Of a stretch of DNA of 5,687 bases, positions 5,348 to 5,687 are shown piece by piece. The stretch is from positions 1 through 5,687 of the forward strand of contig CAYXWT010000045.1 of the NCBI GenBank assembly GCA_964468895.1, read 5' to 3'. The notes beneath the pieces are model-generated. The model ran no database searches, was not told where the DNA came from, and worked only from the letters and a program-made list of their open reading frames with translations. Position 1 is the stretch's first letter. Every line of letters starts with the position of its first letter. The translations under genes were made by a program, and so were the position numbers. This DNA is from an uncultured archaeon (GTDB lineage Archaea; Iainarchaeota; Iainarchaeia; Iainarchaeales; CSSED10-239).

Positions 5348-5355
5348 TTTATAAA
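5348..5355 (-). promoter_or_regulatory. TATA-like box (TTTATAAA) upstream of paralog B
   Basis: Counterpart of 4750..4757 within the conserved 21-nt block 5335..5355. Confidence 0.4.
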
Positions 5356-5400
5356 TAGATTATTTAAAAATTTAATCTCAAAATTAGAATAATTAGAAAG

Positions 5401-5472
5401 TGGACTCTGCGAGATTCGAACTCGCAACCCCTTCCTTGCAAGGGAAGTACTCTACCATTGAGCCAAGAGCCC
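5401..5472 (-). tRNA. tRNA-Ala (anticodon UGC); no encoded CCA
   Basis: Folded by hand on the minus strand: acceptor GGGCTCT/AGAGTCC with the G3:U70 alanine identity pair and discriminator A; D arm GCTC-AATGGTA-GAGT; anticodon arm CTTCC-CTTGCAA-GGAAG; variable GGGTT; T arm GCGAG-TTCGAAT-CTCGC. Confidence 0.93.
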
Positions 5473-5505
5473 ACAACAAATGTTTTGTTATTAACTACAG
5501 TTATA

Positions 5506-5529
5506 ATTAAAGAGAAATATATTTTTAAA
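5506..5529 (-). promoter_or_regulatory. copy 2 of the 24-nt repeated TATA-containing element (minus strand TTTAAAAATATATTTCTCTTTAAT)
   Basis: Matches 1348..1371 at 23 of 24 positions. It lies in the 16S/tRNA-Ala spacer, with its TATA-like TTTAAAAATA centred ~53 nt upstream of the tRNA-Ala 5' end. A start ~26 nt downstream would give a ~27-nt leader. Confidence 0.35.
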
Positions 5530-5633
5530 TAGATGTTAGAAATAAAATTAATTTTTCTTGTTGTTAGAAGACATTTATAAATGTTGAATTAGAGATTTTT
5601 TTCATAAAATCATCCTTTTTATTAAATAAATTT

Positions 5634-5687
5634 AGGAGGTGATCCGTCCGCAGGTTCCCCTACGGACACCTTGTTACAACTTAGTCC
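5634..5687 (-). rRNA. 16S rRNA, 3'-terminal ~54 nt (gene continues beyond the window)
   Basis: Minus strand reads GGACTAAGTTGTAACAAGGTGTCCGTAGGGGAACCTGCGGACGGATCACCTCCT. This contains the GUAACAAGG motif, the helix 45 hairpin UCCGUAGG-GGAA-CCUGCGGA, and the terminal GGAUCACCUCCU anti-Shine-Dalgarno tail. Confidence 0.9.

Noticed and set aside
5291-5400. Search for the start of a 23S rRNA or a 5S rRNA downstream of tRNA-Ala
   Set aside because: The region is almost pure A/T with a TATA-like box and leads straight into a protein gene. No GC-richer structured segment is present.
5475-5489. Small hairpin (aacaaa-tgt-tttgtt) abutting the tRNA-Ala 5' end
   Set aside because: It is a 6-bp, mostly A/U stem with a 3-nt loop. 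That is too weak and too common in this composition to call a feature.
5564-5605. 13-codon mini-ORF (MKKISNSTFINVF) in the 16S-tRNA-Ala spacer
   Set aside because: It is too short and sits within a presumably processed rRNA spacer. It has only a partial SD-like GGATGA upstream, and such ORFs are expected by chance.
1-5687. C/D-box sRNAs, plus-strand genes, transposase/IS ends, toxin-antitoxin or defence genes
   Set aside because: The only UGAUGA-like strings lie inside CDSs without a paired CUGA box and terminal stem. No plus-strand ORF of meaningful length exists. I found no terminal inverted repeats and no recognisable defence or mobility domains.

Overview
Very AT-rich window (by eye about three quarters A+T, not computed). 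Only the stable-RNA genes stand out as GC-richer islands, and every recognisable gene is on the minus strand. Reading the minus strand from high to low coordinates: the last ~54 nt of a 16S rRNA (5687..5634); a 161-nt spacer; tRNA-Ala(UGC); two tandem paralogous ~157-aa membrane proteins; a 237-aa polytopic membrane protein; an RNase P RNA that an ORF track cannot show (about 3318..3061); a tightly spaced gene pair (a 157-aa protein with a KKPKK-repeat tail, then a 286-aa protein with a transglutaminase-like Cys-His-Asp signature); an intron-containing tRNA-Tyr(GUA); a class I SAM methyltransferase; and a TK1-type thymidine kinase that runs off the left edge. Several features point to an archaeon: a canonical bulge-helix-bulge tRNA intron at 37/38, a C1-G72 tRNA-Tyr, tRNA-Ala directly downstream of 16S, no encoded CCA, TATA-like boxes centred ~26-27 nt upstream of the stable-RNA 5' ends, and oligo-T tracts after the RNA genes. 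I infer a small-genome, fast-evolving archaeon, possibly DPANN-like; that placement is inference only. I see no CRISPR array, integrase, transposase or recognisable defence genes. The items most worth follow-up are the compact AT-rich RNase P RNA, the tandem membrane-protein paralogs with an internally duplicated PWL...PIAN module, the KKPKK-tail/transglutaminase-like pair, and the 16S-tRNA-Ala unit that is followed by protein genes rather than a 23S rRNA.
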